Shown here piece after piece: positions 1-12,743 of a DNA stretch of 64,000 nucleotides. The notes below the pieces were generated by a model. The model worked only from the letters and a program-made list of their open reading frames with translations. It had not been told where the DNA came from and ran no database searches. Origin of the DNA: Dicyema japonicum (Eukaryota > Animalia > Dicyemida); the NCBI GenBank assembly GCA_011109175.1, contig RDEW01000016.1:672537-736536 (forward strand). Direction: 5' to 3'. The first letter of the stretch is position 1; every line of letters begins with the position of its first letter. Position numbers and translations under genes: made by a program.

Positions 1-480
1 CAGAAAATGTTCCAGATTCAAAATATATATTAGATTATTTTGATCGAACATATGTTCGCGGTTATTATCGTTGCTTAAATGATCGAGAAAACCCCTTAGC
101 TGATAGAATACAGCACATTGCTCCATTGTTTCCTCCAAATTTATGGAATGTGTATGAAGCTACACTCAATAATAAACAAAGAACAAATAACTATTGTGAA
201 GGGTGGAACAATAAATTATACAATTTGACGGGATATCGTCATCCATCGATATGGAATATTATATCGTCATTCCAAAAAAAAGAAAAAATGACGAAAACTA
301 TTATTTACTAGGATTCCTTTGGAAAAAGAATTTCAACAAGAACAAATAAAAAAACGATTGATAGACAAAAAAGGCTTTTAAATATATGTCTGGATCGCCA
401 GGACGGAAAAAACAGTAGGAGAAGTCCTAAAAGCAATTGCATGGAATATTAAATATTCTTTTGATTCACATTAAATAATC
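1..480 (+). mobile_element. MULE-type (FLYWCH/MULE) transposase C-terminal remnant
   Basis: ORF 126-311 has FPPNLWNVY..RTNNYCEGWNNKL..HPSIWNII, the typical C-terminal motif of animal MULE transposases; an in-frame stop follows. Confidence 0.7.
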
Positions 481-879
481 CCTTGATTCACGTTAAATAA
501 AAATCATATGTTTATAACATTTTAAATATTTAAAAAAATTTTAAAGTAGAAAAAATCTGTTTTATTTTTAGAATTTATTTCCACCACGTGTAGTTTTAGT
601 TGTGGCGGGACATTTTAATGCAATTACAAGCTAAGGCATTAACATTAGCCAAAATTAACTATTTAAATAATTTGTTATTCTAAACTCGCTTACTTTAAAA
701 TGAAACGATCATGAATAAAAATCTTAATTTATAAACGGAAAAAAAAGTCCGTTAGCGAAATTACGGACTTGACTTTTTTTCCGTATTTCGCAAAATTTCG
801 AAAATTTATAAGGGAAAAAATTCAAAAATGGAAAAAAAATCAAGTGGAAAAAAGTCAAATATTGAAAAAACTATTAAAA

Positions 880-1240
880 ATTAAAAGATGCTAGTGGTAT
901 CACAAAAATGCGATATAAACTAAAAAAAGACAACTTGACTTTTTTACCGCTTGACCTTTTTTTCCTACAATCGTCCGCTGCTGTGTGGAAAGCAGCCCTG
1001 CCATCGATCTTGAGCTTTTCCAGTCTGAGCATTTCCAGGCCTTTGAATCCTCTTAAGTAAATTCCAATAGAAGGCTTATTTATAAATAATCCTTGAACCA
1101 TGTGGACCACTGTGTCACGGACCACGTGTGAGACGTCTTCATAGTCGTCGTTCTTTCGTAAGTCACGTGTTGTGCTACTAACTTTAACTGCCGCCCGTTT
1201 AGATCTTTTTGTGCTAACTTTTTGAACCATACTCCGCATA
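880..1240 (-). mobile_element. possible second, degenerate MULE transposase C-terminal remnant
   Basis: NKPSIGIYLRGFKGLEMLRLEK resembles HPSIWNIISSFQKKEK of the neighbouring remnant; both sides share GGAAAAAAGTCAA/GGTAAAAAAGTCAA motifs. Confidence 0.3.
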
Positions 1241-2429
1241 ATGAAGTGGTCAGATGTTTACACCTACATCTCTACCGCCAATATGAAACAAGAAAAACTA
1301 AGAAACTGAAGACCCATTCAGTACAAACTGTAGTCGAAATGAATTTGTGGAGATTTGTGTGAATACGACTGTAGTGAATAACAAATCCGACATTTCCGTT
1401 TATGATAAGATGAAACACACAATTACTTTTGTAGTAACTGGGATCACTTTGCAAAACCGTCTCCAGTACCTCGAGGTAATAGGGATCCACAATTATGACC
1501 TACAGGTGAACGAACTTGCGATTAACCAGCTTGCAAAGATAAAAAACCGGCCTGAGTTTAAGATTTTCATGCATTTCAGATAGTATAACTGAGAACAGTG
1601 TTCATTTATTAGAGTATCCTTTTAGTATTACTTTAACTAAATAATTTCTCTTTGATAGAGAAAATATTTTATTAAAAAGTCTCGTTAACAGTTATTTAAA
1701 ATCTTGGGAACAAATGAGTAATGAGAAGAAATAAGAGAAACAGTAAGAAAAGTCATCGTGCCATAAACACGAATGATGTTAGCTTTGTCACTTATTCCGA
1801 TAAATTTATCTTTTATAGCATTACAGTTGTCTACAAAATCAAGTAAATAATCCCTAAATTATTTCTCTGTTATATTGGATTTTTAGTAAAATTTGTGATT
1901 ATTCCTTTACTAATTCAAATAATTAACAAATTGAACAATCAACCAATTTCATCTAATTTACCGAAATTAAGAATCCCAATCATCTTAACTAAAGCGGTGG
2001 TGTGCTGCTATATGATTGATTTTCCAAGTTTGATTAAATTTTTAAACGTTTCAGGCGATTTTTAAAGTTGATTGGATATTATGAAGTTGTAAACATCCTT
2101 TCTCTAGAATACAGTAGATTAAATACCATTTTCAATAATTTCATGTGTCATTACGGAAAAATTGTTATTTAGAAAACAAAATTTCGATTGAAAATCAATT
2201 GGTGTAGTTTTTTGAAATGAATTCGCAATAACAGTGATTGCTTTTTTATTAATACGATATTCAATATCAGCAATTAATGCTGAAACAAATATATTGGAAT
2301 GCTAACCAGTCAACCAATATTCACGATGATCATTCTTGATTCATAATTAGGAACAAAATGACTTGATAGTGACGTTTCCAATATCTAAGAATCAACGCAC
2401 ACGTTTTTTCATTCAGAAGACTCCAATTA

Positions 2430-2760
2430 TGCCATGATCGAGGACCGATTGATAGATGCATATGATCTGGACGAATTCATGAGGCGAGCAAGACGAATAA
2501 AGGGATTGAGAAGTCTAACGGATAGAATAGTCTAAAACATGGCACAAGCAAAACCAAAACATTGTTTACTTGCAACGCGGACGTGCATTAACTAATATTA
2601 ACCAACTTAACAATTTTCATATATTAATGCAACCCCTACTGCAACCACTACGGACTTGGCTTTGCTATACATCAATGTCTTGATGGGAGAATCCACAAAA
2701 TGTGGAGGGTCAATGACAGAATAGCAGTACTACAGATTTAGAGTGGGAGGACTGATAATT
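2430..2760 (+). mobile_element. short RTE-like LINE fragments (3' end and APE piece)
   Basis: AYDLDEFMRRARRIKGLRSLTDRIV* and HYGLGFAIHQCLDGRIHKMWRVNDRIAVLQI match other copies of this family in the window (e.g. HYGLGFAVHQ at 5190). Confidence 0.55.
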
Positions 2761-3289
2761 CTTTTATATAGAGTGAAAATTAATTATTTAAAGTGCTTAG
2801 GAGAGTTTAAATAAGTATTTTATTATTGTCTTTGTAAAAAAAGTGTTTAAATAAGCAGCTCAAAAAATCAAAATTTGATTATTTTACCTCGTAGGGTTTC
2901 TCACATTGTCCCCCATCTCCGGGATCTCTAAGATCTAATATTAGTACCTAGATATGATTTAATATGCAAATTTTTAAAATTATCATTTAAGGTCACGCCA
3001 CTTTACAAATAAAGCATACTCATTTAATACTACCACGGTTGTTTTACAACCAAAGAGACGTACCCCAGCTTCAAATCTTATGCAAATATCGAAATCTGCA
3101 AGATTCTGCTAGGAGAACAGTGGTATTTCACGTGATATTCCACTCAATTCTAAGTTCTGCTGGAACATGCACTATGACCATTTACGTGCAGGCGACAGTA
3201 AAACAATTGATGTGAGAACACACTGTCCGTAAATTAGAAACAATTTAATTTTTTCTATATACTCACCATCAATAAAATCACTCTCCGAG

Positions 3290-4914
3290 TATGTGATATT
3301 TATTAGCTCCGATTTATTTATGTTTATTTCAAGTCTGAGGTTTCGTAGTGCCGGCACGGCATGTGACAGAACGTCGTGAACTTTTCTCCACGGACCTCCA
3401 ATCATAGCGTCATCAAGCTACCAGAAGTGTAGTTGTGTGTTTATAGAGCGGACAATTTCATCGATGGCCAGAGCGAAAAGTAGTGGACCAAGTGTGTACC
3501 CTTGTTGAACTCCAGTCTCCAAACGGATAATCTTTTCCCCGAAAACCAGTAAAGAATTGGTTCCGTAAGCAAGAAAGACAAGTGAAATAAGTTCCGGGGC
3601 TCGTTTGCTTGTAGTTTCTAAAATTTGATCCCTCCTCAGTGAATTGAAGGCATTGCAGATGTCCAGCTTGACCCCAATGTGTGGGTTTTGTTCGTTTTTC
3701 TGTCCAAAAAAACACCTCGCAGCATGCACTGTCGTTTCGCATCCGTTCCTTACACCAACCCCAATTCTTCATATATTCTCGGACAGACAATGCTGCATAC
3801 GATTTTCGGTGTCAGTCTTCTGAAATAGTTGCGACCACCTTCGGGTTTTTTGAAAGCCGGTAAATGTGCACTGAAAAAAAGTTCCCTTGCGTGGGGAGGA
3901 ATATCTCCGTTCAAAATACGCATAACCAGTTTTGTAATTGATTTAATAAGGTTGCAGCCAGCTTCTGCAATAGCCTCTTTGATGTGATCCGGCCGAAAGC
4001 TATCGATACCTCCACTGCTACTCGCCGCATACGACGAGATGCCGCGTCGCACTTCGCCTTCGGTGACGGTCATCCTTGACAAATTTCCCGGAATTACGAA
4101 TGGGCGGTAATCTGCCGGAGGACATGGATGTTTTCGTTTGAGTAGCTCCAGCACCTCAGGTGTCGCAGCCATAACAGTTTCGTCGCTTTCGAATAGTTTG
4201 CGGTTCACTCACTCCAAGTTTGTCCGGGCCATTCAAATAAATTGGAAAATTGGAATCAGAATGTCTTGTTTTCATGACTTCTTCCTTGGTGAGAGGATGC
4301 ACATAGAAAACCTGGATGTTCTTCATTTTTGAGGAAAGGGAGTTGCAAAGTGTCGTGCTTTCTCCTGTATTCCGTTGATCTTTTTTTGAGTCGATAAATG
4401 GAATTCTAAGGGCCATCAGGGCAAAACTGAGGAGTTTTAGCCAGGCCTCCAGGTCGTCCGACGTGAGGGCATCGTCAATTGCAGAGGCCAGACATGTAGC
4501 CGCGGGGATCCGGACGGGTCTTGGGATCCTGATTGGGATCTTCCTGACTTTCTTTAGATCCGACAAGAAGAGCAAGAGGTTGTCCATATCATTAAAGTCT
4601 AGAGGCTCATTTGGTTCGACGTGCTCGCTTGGAATGATCCTCTAGGTTTTCCGACCAGTGTCCATGCAGACACTGCAGTTCCACAGGCAGAGCGAGCATG
4701 CAGCCCGCTGAGATATCTTTATGCATCCAAGGTGGAAAAAGTCACCGCAAGACGAGCAGAAAAGTCCATATTTGCGTGCATTAGCATGACTGCATGAAAA
4801 GCATGTAGTGTCCAGTCTCTTGGGTGTAATGTGTGTTGCTTCATTATATGAACGACGCTCCATGATGATACAATTACTCACCACACAGGCGTTAATTGAA
4901 TTTATTTGTTGCAT
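3290..4914 (-). mobile_element. CRE-clade RLE non-LTR retrotransposon, 5' part (PHD finger + RT), degenerate and 3'-truncated
   Basis: PHD C4HC3 in 4642-4914, IPIRIPRPVR..WLKLLSF region, then RT motifs SSGGIDSFRPDHIK, KLDICNAFNSLRR, GVQQGYTLGPLLFALAI, LDDAMIGG; stops and frameshifts present. Confidence 0.85.
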
Positions 4915-4984
4915 AGAAGAAGATTTTTTTGCGAATCACTTTAAAAAATTAATACGCCAATCATTGGTAATAGTATCGAAACCT

Positions 4985-5410
4985 TGGTATTCCTTACCGA
5001 CTTCTCCGTTCACTCTGGGATCTTTCAATTGCAGAGGACTTAAACAACCTTACAAGAAACACCAACTGGTATGCGATCTAACCAAATATGACGTCTCTGT
5101 CTGCTGTCTACAAGAGACAAAAACGACCGTACAATGTACAGAACTGTTTGGAAAATTCCACCTTTTTATCCTCCCGTCGGCCTGCCGACATTATGGTCTC
5201 GGATTTGCAGTCCATCAGGATCTGATTCACTACGTTACAAGAGTGTGGACAGCATCTGATATTATAATGGAAATGGCGGACGACCTGGACTACCTAGAGA
5301 ACTAGTGCGCAACAGAAGATCATGGTCGAAGCTAACGGAGAGGATGGTTCGGAATACGGCACAAGGGAAACTTAACTAATTTTATGTTTTCTCGGGAGTG
5401 CTTTTTAATA
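4985..5410 (+). mobile_element. internally deleted short RTE-like LINE (APE start joined to 3' end)
   Basis: LGSFNCRGL..CCLQETK..HYGLGFAV (APE) joined directly to ADDLDYL.. 3' end; tail ttctcgggagtgctttttaataataat is shared with 17890-18075. Confidence 0.7.
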
Positions 5411-5639
5411 ATAATCGAAATTTTGGCAAAATGTATCCTGTGAAATAATTAAAAATTACTGGGATAATACCTTCGTGGGCGTTGTCCATGGAGCTGAAGT
5501 CGATTCCAGAACTCGTCGCCATAGAGAGAAATTATCTCCCATTGGAAAGAATAGATGGACCTTTTTGAATACCGACCTGAATTAGGCGCCTCCGGAGAGA
5601 GGTGGATCAATTGACGACATCGGAGGGAAGGAAAAGAAA

Positions 5640-5962
5640 TCTTTAATCAAATAGCCAGATGGCACCACACGGCCATTAATTCATAAAAAATCAATGGTAG
5701 TTCGTTTGTAATTGGCTCAAGTCATTGTTGCGCGCCAGTTCAACAGCAAGCACTGCTAAAGATTTGAAAAGGAGTAAGTACCACGGCATCGTTGATTTCC
5801 AGCCGATCTCCATTGAGACGTCTGAGTTTATCAGGTTAATCGGACGGCTTGCAGGGAAGCGGAAGAGTGTACATAGAATGACGTGATGGTTTTTCCAGAC
5901 CATTGGGATCGCGATTATGAAAGGTAACTCCCATTGCGTGCTCAATGCCTGCAGGACATAAT
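5640..5962 (+). mobile_element. CRE-clade RLE domain 3' fragment
   Basis: PDGTT..AKDLKRSKYHGIVDFQPISIETS..WFFQTIGIAIMKGNSHCVL, the same RLE signature as the other CRE copies. Confidence 0.65.
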
Positions 5963-7329
5963 GGAGACCTATCATAACTCTCCATGATTAATCAAAAAGG
6001 TAATTGAAACTATCCATTCTTGAACTCTATCTAAAGCTGTGCGTCAAACCATGAATCTCATATGCAGTGCTTCATGCAACCATTTTATCTCTTGGACAAA
6101 TTCCATAAAATTCAAATGCTTCTAATTTTCAAAACGATGGACTTCTGGAAACTCCCAGTATCCAATGCCTCGGGAATCGTTAATACGTAAGAACCTAGGA
6201 ACGTTCCGTTGCGACTACATGAAACCAGTTGCATACGTGGGCTTGAGGGAGGATCATCTTTCCATGATGAAGTCTCTTTTGAATCACGTGATTAGTTAGT
6301 TTGGTGTCACCATTGTCTTGGGAATTGTTTCATTTCAGTGAATAAGACTGTTGTTAGAAAATATCCTGGCGAATTGTCTATCGACTCATGAGGGGATGTG
6401 TTACGCAACTTATAGGCAGACAAAAAAACAGTTTTTTATTAAATAATTCGTCTAAGAAACATTTCTTAAATTGGCTATCCACCCAAAATAATTTTGACCA
6501 GAAACAAAAATAATCGAGTTTTGATGTAAATTGAATTTTAATTGAAAAACGTTTGAAGGTAATATCAGAATAAACCACGGAGCAATTTATCACCGAAATT
6601 ACGTATTATTGGTGTATAAATTGGTAAGGATGGCAAGAGAAAGAGAAACTTATTTAACACTAAAAGACATAGCTAACAGATTCAAAATTGTATTTCAGTG
6701 ACGATTTATGTGGAATTATCTGGATTTTCCATCAATAAGTTTTTATTATGGAAAAACAACATATTTTTCCATGCATTACTATAAAAAATCTTGTAAATTA
6801 AAAAAGGATTTTTATTATTTAAATTATTAACAAAAAACAGAAATTTTTAACCTGAAAGAATTAATGGAGAATTGAGACCAGTAAACAGAGCACTATGGAC
6901 GGTGAAGACCTCAGTAGTCTGGTGAGTCTGGCATTGAAAGTATCTCTGATGATACAAACGCAGCATGAATGGAAATATAGCTAATATGATTATATGTTGT
7001 TGCTTATAATAATTAGACATGTAGCTCGTCCCTACTCACGTGTAGAGATGATGGACTCTTCAAGTATCACACTAAATGATCGCCTTCGAGAGGTATTACG
7101 AAAATGTACCACTTTATTGAACCAGTTGCTCTTATACAGGGAGAACTTGGATGACAATTCTATGATTGTAAATATGTGAAATATTCAACAGTGTTATTAG
7201 AGTAAATCAATAAACTATTATTGGGGGATTATACAAACCTGGCAACGTTGTTAAAGGATTATTTACGGTTTATATATTTATAAAGAATGGAGAGAGTAAC
7301 ATATTAATATTATTTAGAACTTGAAGAAT

Positions 7330-7734
7330 ATGGTTTTAAATATGTTCAAAAAATCACTTGAAGACAACATTAAAATTCGAAAAAATTCCAGATTCGAAAA
7401 TTCATACAATCTTAATGATTACATTAAATTTGATAGAGTTTTGATACAAAATAAACTACAATCTCTTTTGAACAGTACAATTGTGGACCACGTGTATGAC
7501 ATGAAGTCAAGCCCGGCTCTTTTGTTGACTTTAACTAATACAATATCAGAAACTATGAAGATATTGGTTTCTACACGATTTAGAATAGTCGTCCTTACAA
7601 TGATAGGAATGAACAATTTTGCTGTTTCTACGGGAAAATTGAGTGAAAGCAATATTGACGAAACGATCACTGCTATTTCCAATTTCTCTGAAATGTCAGT
7701 TTACGCTTCAGTTAATATTATTTATTTGAATTAA
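7330..7734 (+). CDS. Tctex1-domain dynein light chain (TCTEX1D-like), single exon, 134 aa
   Basis: ENSYNL..KFDRVLIQNKLQSLL..YD..L.L.L...I...MK..RFRIVVL.MIG..D..VNIIYLN follows the Tctex-1 family pattern. Confidence 0.7.
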   Translation: MVLNMFKKSLEDNIKIRKNSRFENSYNLNDYIKFDRVLIQNKLQSLLNSTIVDHVYDMKSSPALLLTLTNTISETMKILVSTRFRIVVLTMIGMNNFAVSTGKLSESNIDETITAISNFSEMSVYASVNIIYLN

Positions 7735-8394
7735 CACTATTAATTGATCTTTGAGTTAATAAACCAATACTTGGGGTACACATGCTTTATTTTAAAAGGG
7801 AAAGTCCAGTTCCACAGTAGAGCATCACTGAGCCTGATGGTATCCTAAATGTTAGGATGAATAGCAGCGAAATTCTAACCGGGAATTTTGTTCGGGACTT
7901 GCGGCACTCCCTCATTCCAATCTTAAAAAGGTTAAACTTATCAGTTACTCAGCCATAGATTATAATTTTGCAGCCTTAATGGTGGTAAAAAAATGTAGTC
8001 CAAAATATTGTCACACAAATGAGTTTTATGTTCATAAAAATATCAATAAATTCTTCAGTAATGTTTTCATCAAAATTAAAGATATTAATAACGCAGTGAC
8101 TGGTTGTTTTGAATATACGTGGGGCATAATTATAATTAAATCAATCATTTCTTTTGGAATTTGTGGATCGATTTAATTAATTGCATTTATTATTGGTCAC
8201 TAATTTATATAAACCTCACATAAAGAACTTAGTAATCCTAGTAAATCCACTTAATAGCATCTCCTAGGCTTTAAATTGTCTCACGTGTATTCCAGACTCC
8301 ATAATGTGTTGAGTCAATACCCCAAACTTATAGTAATCCTATTAAAGCGTTTAAGACCACTGTGTGAGTATAAGAGACTCTCAAAAAACGAAAT

Positions 8395-8575
8395 TAGTAG
8401 TCCCTAAATCCAATGTGAGAAAAGGAGACTTTCTAAAAATGCACAAAATAATAGTCCCCAAGACCACAGAGTGAGGGGAAAGATGCGTTGAAAAACACAA
8501 AATAGTAACCCAAAGGCCACAGTGTGAAGGAAAGAGACTCCCTAAAGATACACAAAGTAATAGTCCCCACAATCA
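8395..8575. repeat. degenerate minisatellite, about 55-bp unit x3
   Basis: recurring tagtcccc/taaccc ... cacaaaa(g)taa units starting near 8398, 8451, 8506 and 8562. Confidence 0.55.
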
Positions 8576-8656
8576 ATAATTGCAATCTGATACAATGGAA
8601 CCGCAAAACGTGAGAAATAGAACTCCAAAGCATATTAGTAAAATTTAATAAGGAAA

Positions 8657-9171
8657 TCAGAATTTAATCGAATAGACGAGGGCAATTATGAATCCATACA
8701 ATCCCAAAACTTCAGAGAAGATCAGATTAAGAACCATTCCAATGTAAAGTCGAGGCTGATGGACTATACCACGAACACCCGCATCTCCTACAATCCCAAT
8801 GGCATAACCAGCACCCAAGGAACAGAGACCACAACTCAATCCGGCCCCAAAGTGAACAAAACTCCTAACACGTGACCATCATGCTTACTCGAATAGAGAA
8901 TATCCCGTGGTGGTCAGTTTAGTAGATATAACAAGGGAGATTACGAGTCCGTAGATGGCAAGTAATCCAGCCATGACTACTGGGACGATAGCCTTGATGA
9001 TTAGATCAGGCTTCATGACGGCCATAGCTGCTATACCAGTTCCTGACTTTGCCGTCCCATAAGCAGCTCCCATGACTGACCATTAAGATGCAAATAACCT
9101 GAGAACACGATAGCAGAGGCTGAGCCCATAATTCCAAAAAATGGCGCATAAATTGGGTCTGCGGTAGCCAT
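8657..9171 (-). CDS. ATP6V0C: V-type ATPase 16 kDa proteolipid subunit c, 3 exons, 155 aa
   Basis: [24 protein letters not shown]|[38 protein letters not shown]; introns 9076-9098 (23 nt) and 8865-8888 (24 nt); spliced length 468 nt. Confidence 0.97.
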
Positions 9172-10699
9172 GAAAAGATTACAACAAAACTAATTAATTT
9201 TTTATTAATTTAATTAAATATTATTAATTTATTAGTAATTAAACTAATTATTATTATTTCTTTTGGATTTTATAATTTTAATAATTTTCCAAACAAAAAT
9301 AATAATTTGGAATTTTAAAGTTGTTTGTCTCGTACTAAATAATTAATATTATCGTCACCAACTTTATTGTTAAGGAATCTATTTTAATCTCAACACCAAT
9401 TTTCATAGGTTTAGTGAATAACTGAATATTAGAGTACAACAACCATACTAAGAGATTTGAGAACTCATAATAGTAGTAACGTCCTTCTTGGTCATAGAAC
9501 CTGTTGATGCATTATTGTGATTCCAGATGCACTGTACTTTATTACTGGAGTTGAGATCTCATAGTTTTTCTGCTTTTTGGTTGTATTCACTCTGTTACAG
9601 TGGGCTCTAAAAGTTATGGCACACTTAATAATTTTAACTATTTTTATATTTTCATGTATAAAATATAAACTAATTTGACTTGTAAATGTTTTTTTTAATA
9701 AAAAAGTTAAGTACAAAAAAAGTACTTTCTAATTTGTTAAATTTAATAGTTGGATAAACAAAAAAACAAGTTTTAAAAATATTAAATGTTATTTAGAGGT
9801 CAATAAGTGTTGCACAGTAATACTTTGTTGCATGACCTTTTGCAACTATTATTAATTTGTAAATTTTTTTGAAATTTTATTCCATTCCTCGAGCAAAATA
9901 TTTTCAACTTCATTAAATTTAGCAGTTTTCTCTTCCCTATTTTTATTTTCAAAGTTCTTTATAAAAATAAAAAATCATATATTTTAACTATTTCTTGCTG
10001 TTCTTCAATAAAATTAATTAGTCCTAATATCACAAATGAAAAAATTTTACCTCGAGTTAAGATTCTAGTATTCCTTATATACGTTCTCCATTTTCGGCTT
10101 TAAGTACGTCATATTCTTTTTAAACTCCGCAGTATTTCTTATAATCCAGTCCATCGTATAATTGACACCGGGGGATTATGCATTTTCTTGTCTAAAGATT
10201 TGTATTTTACGCAACCTTAAAATCACCATTTTCGGTGAGTAACTGCCTTCAACAAATTTTAGAAAGCTGTGTTTCTCGCTATTATTAATCTTCTTGATAT
10301 TCTTTATTTAATTGTTCAGCTTTGTATTCTCTATTACCCCCACACCCATAAAAATATAGAAAGGTATACCTGACAAAAAATAAAAATACCTACAAAATAC
10401 TGGGGATCGAGTAAAAAGCCATGCGGATTTCAACCAAACACAATAAAGTTTTGTAGTGCCTAGACTTTGACTCATGTCCCGACATAATAAATTTTGTGAG
10501 GGTGATGCTCCTCCCTCTACCACATACAACCACGAATTGGCCGAATGACTAGATCTTCGTAGTCAGAACAGCACGTTCTACGGTTCATGCGTATCATGGA
10601 TTCTAGGAACTCTATAGAAATTCAACGTTCCGTAATTTTGGAGGCTCTTTTTCGGCTAGCTTCGATCTTCAAGAAGTTATATTAATTAAGTTATTTAAA

Positions 10700-11255
10700 A
10701 CCAAGAATCAACGACAAAACAAAAGAGAGTAGGGGCCGTCAGGTGATCTCGGCCTCTTTAAGCAGCCGCCTCATTCTTTCTCGGTGCTACTCCCGAGTGC
10801 CGAAACATTTCCTGTATGGACGAATGATTTTTAGGAAGTTTAGAGGTTTTGGCAGAACCCCCGTAATTCCTCGAACGGAGTTGGTTGTAATGTAGAGGAG
10901 GATCTTTGTAGGGTCTTCGTTACTGTGTCTTGGAAGGAGTTTAATTTCTTTAGATTGTTATGGGATAAATAAGTACCCCATATCGCGCATCAGTAGCTGA
11001 TTTACTATAGTATATTGAGAGTAGAGATGATTTACTGTTGGATGGAAACATCTATTGTAATATCCAAGTAGCGTTTTTACAAATTTTAGTTTTCGCTGGG
11101 AAGAAGAGATTATGTTGCTCACATGTTTGCTGAAGGTTAGTTGGTCATATGTGACCCCCAGTATTTTGGTTGAATTTTTGGAGAGGATTGTTATTCCATT
11201 TAGAGTCAACGATAGTGCCGAGTTAGTCAATCTGTTGGAAGTAAAGATCATGAAG
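10700..11255 (-). mobile_element. I-group (Ingi/Jockey-like) LINE 3' fragment with 3'UTR
   Basis: KILGVTYD.LTFSKHVSNI RT thumb; 3'UTR tgacggcccctact..gtcgttgattcttggttttaaataa matches 40610-40650. Confidence 0.8.
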
Positions 11256-11547
11256 CACGATTATTTCTCACTGAACTTTTTGGAATACTGAATAGTTTTG
11301 AAATTCGTCAATAATTTTTTTTATTTTGATGAGACTTGCATCTGTTTTAGCTTAAAAGTAAAACTAAATAATTGAAACGAATGACATTATCTTATGCACT
11401 TTAAAGGACTATTTGTAAAGAGTGACAACATTTTTGACCTATTATTAGAATTAACGATTTATTAACAAGAGTTAAGGAGTTTTCTGGAGGGTATTACATC
11501 TGAGTCTTACTATAAGGCTTGGACTCCACACCTGGACTTTTTTTTTT

Positions 11548-12670
11548 TTCAGGACGTTTCTCCCAGCTTTATATACGTGTCCTGAATCTTTGATCTTTCC
11601 ATGAAACCATTGATCCGATCCTACATAATCCTGCTAATCGGTTCTAAGAGCTTGTTTTCGTCCTCGCTTCGACAGTCTTTCAGTTTCTTATTTAAGGAGA
11701 GCTTAATTACAGCTCTCCTAGTCTTCTCTAAGAGGGATAAGATCTTCTCCCTCTTCGGAGAGAATAACCACCCCTTGCACCCATAAAGTACGTTAGGAAG
11801 AATAAATCCCTTGAAGATGAACAGGTAGGTGTCGCGGCTAACGTGTAACTTCCGTGACATAGGAGCGACTGAAAGGCTATTTTTCTCATCCCCTTTATGT
11901 CGTCCATGTAATCTCCTGCGTGTCCACAGTCGACCCCCAAGTAGCGCAGACTGTGTGAATTGTTTACTCCCAGTATGTATTCTTGTTTCAGGTGTTTTTT
12001 CATATTGCTTATTCGGAGTGCGCAAGATTTTTCAGAGAGCTTTAGTCCTCTCAAGTTGCACCAATGCTCAATCTGGTCGACATACTCCCGGATTCTTCCT
12101 TCAGATATAGAAGATGTAGAGATGTTTCCACCACGATTACGTCATCCGCATAAATAAGAAGACTAGTATTAATATTCCCGGACGTGGAAAACTCGCCATG
12201 AATATATTAAACAAAATAGAGCTCAATATCAAACCTTGTGCTACTCCCCTCTTGAATGATATTGCATCGGATATATTTCCACACACCTTCACAAAAGATT
12301 GTCTTCTCTGAAGATAATCTTAGCCAAACAAATAGGTATCTTAGAACACATGCTGATACAAGCTGCTTTAACAACGCTTTATGGCATACACTGTCGAATG
12401 CTTTCGAGATATCAAAACATAATAAGTTTATTTGCCTCTTGGAATCCCTTGCTTTCATGATTTCAGAATTCAGTCATACACTGTCGAATGCTTTCGAGAT
12501 ATCAAAACATAATAAGTTTATTTGCCTCTTGGAATCCCTTGCTTTCATGATTTCAGAATTCAGTATAAAGAAAAAGTCTACACAGCCTTTACAGGGACGA
12601 AAACCCAACTGCTCCGGAATCAGAAATTCTCTTCTATATGTCTGCTTAGCCTTTTGAAAATAATACATTC
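11548..12670 (-). mobile_element. APE-type LINE, RT-to-3' fragment with poly(A) tail
   Basis: EQLGFRP..FDISKAFDSV, LRYLGVD, FILPNVLYGCKGW; A-run on the minus strand at 11548-11559. Confidence 0.8.
12385..12564. repeat. exact 90-bp tandem duplication
   Basis: 12385-12474 is identical to 12475-12564. Confidence 0.9.
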
Positions 12671-12743
12671 AATCACTTTCGCGAAAGAACATATTAAGTT
12701 AATTTTTTTTAATAACAATTTATTGAAGAATAAAACCAAATAG

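Noticed and set aside
874-1239. Basic ORF as a histone H2B-like gene
   Set aside because: No histone-fold motifs; it fits a MULE C-terminal remnant better
4642-4644. Alternative genetic code (TAG reassigned)
   Set aside because: PRMT9, PITRM1 and both LAMP-like genes end at TAG in the expected positions, and host exons contain no in-frame stops
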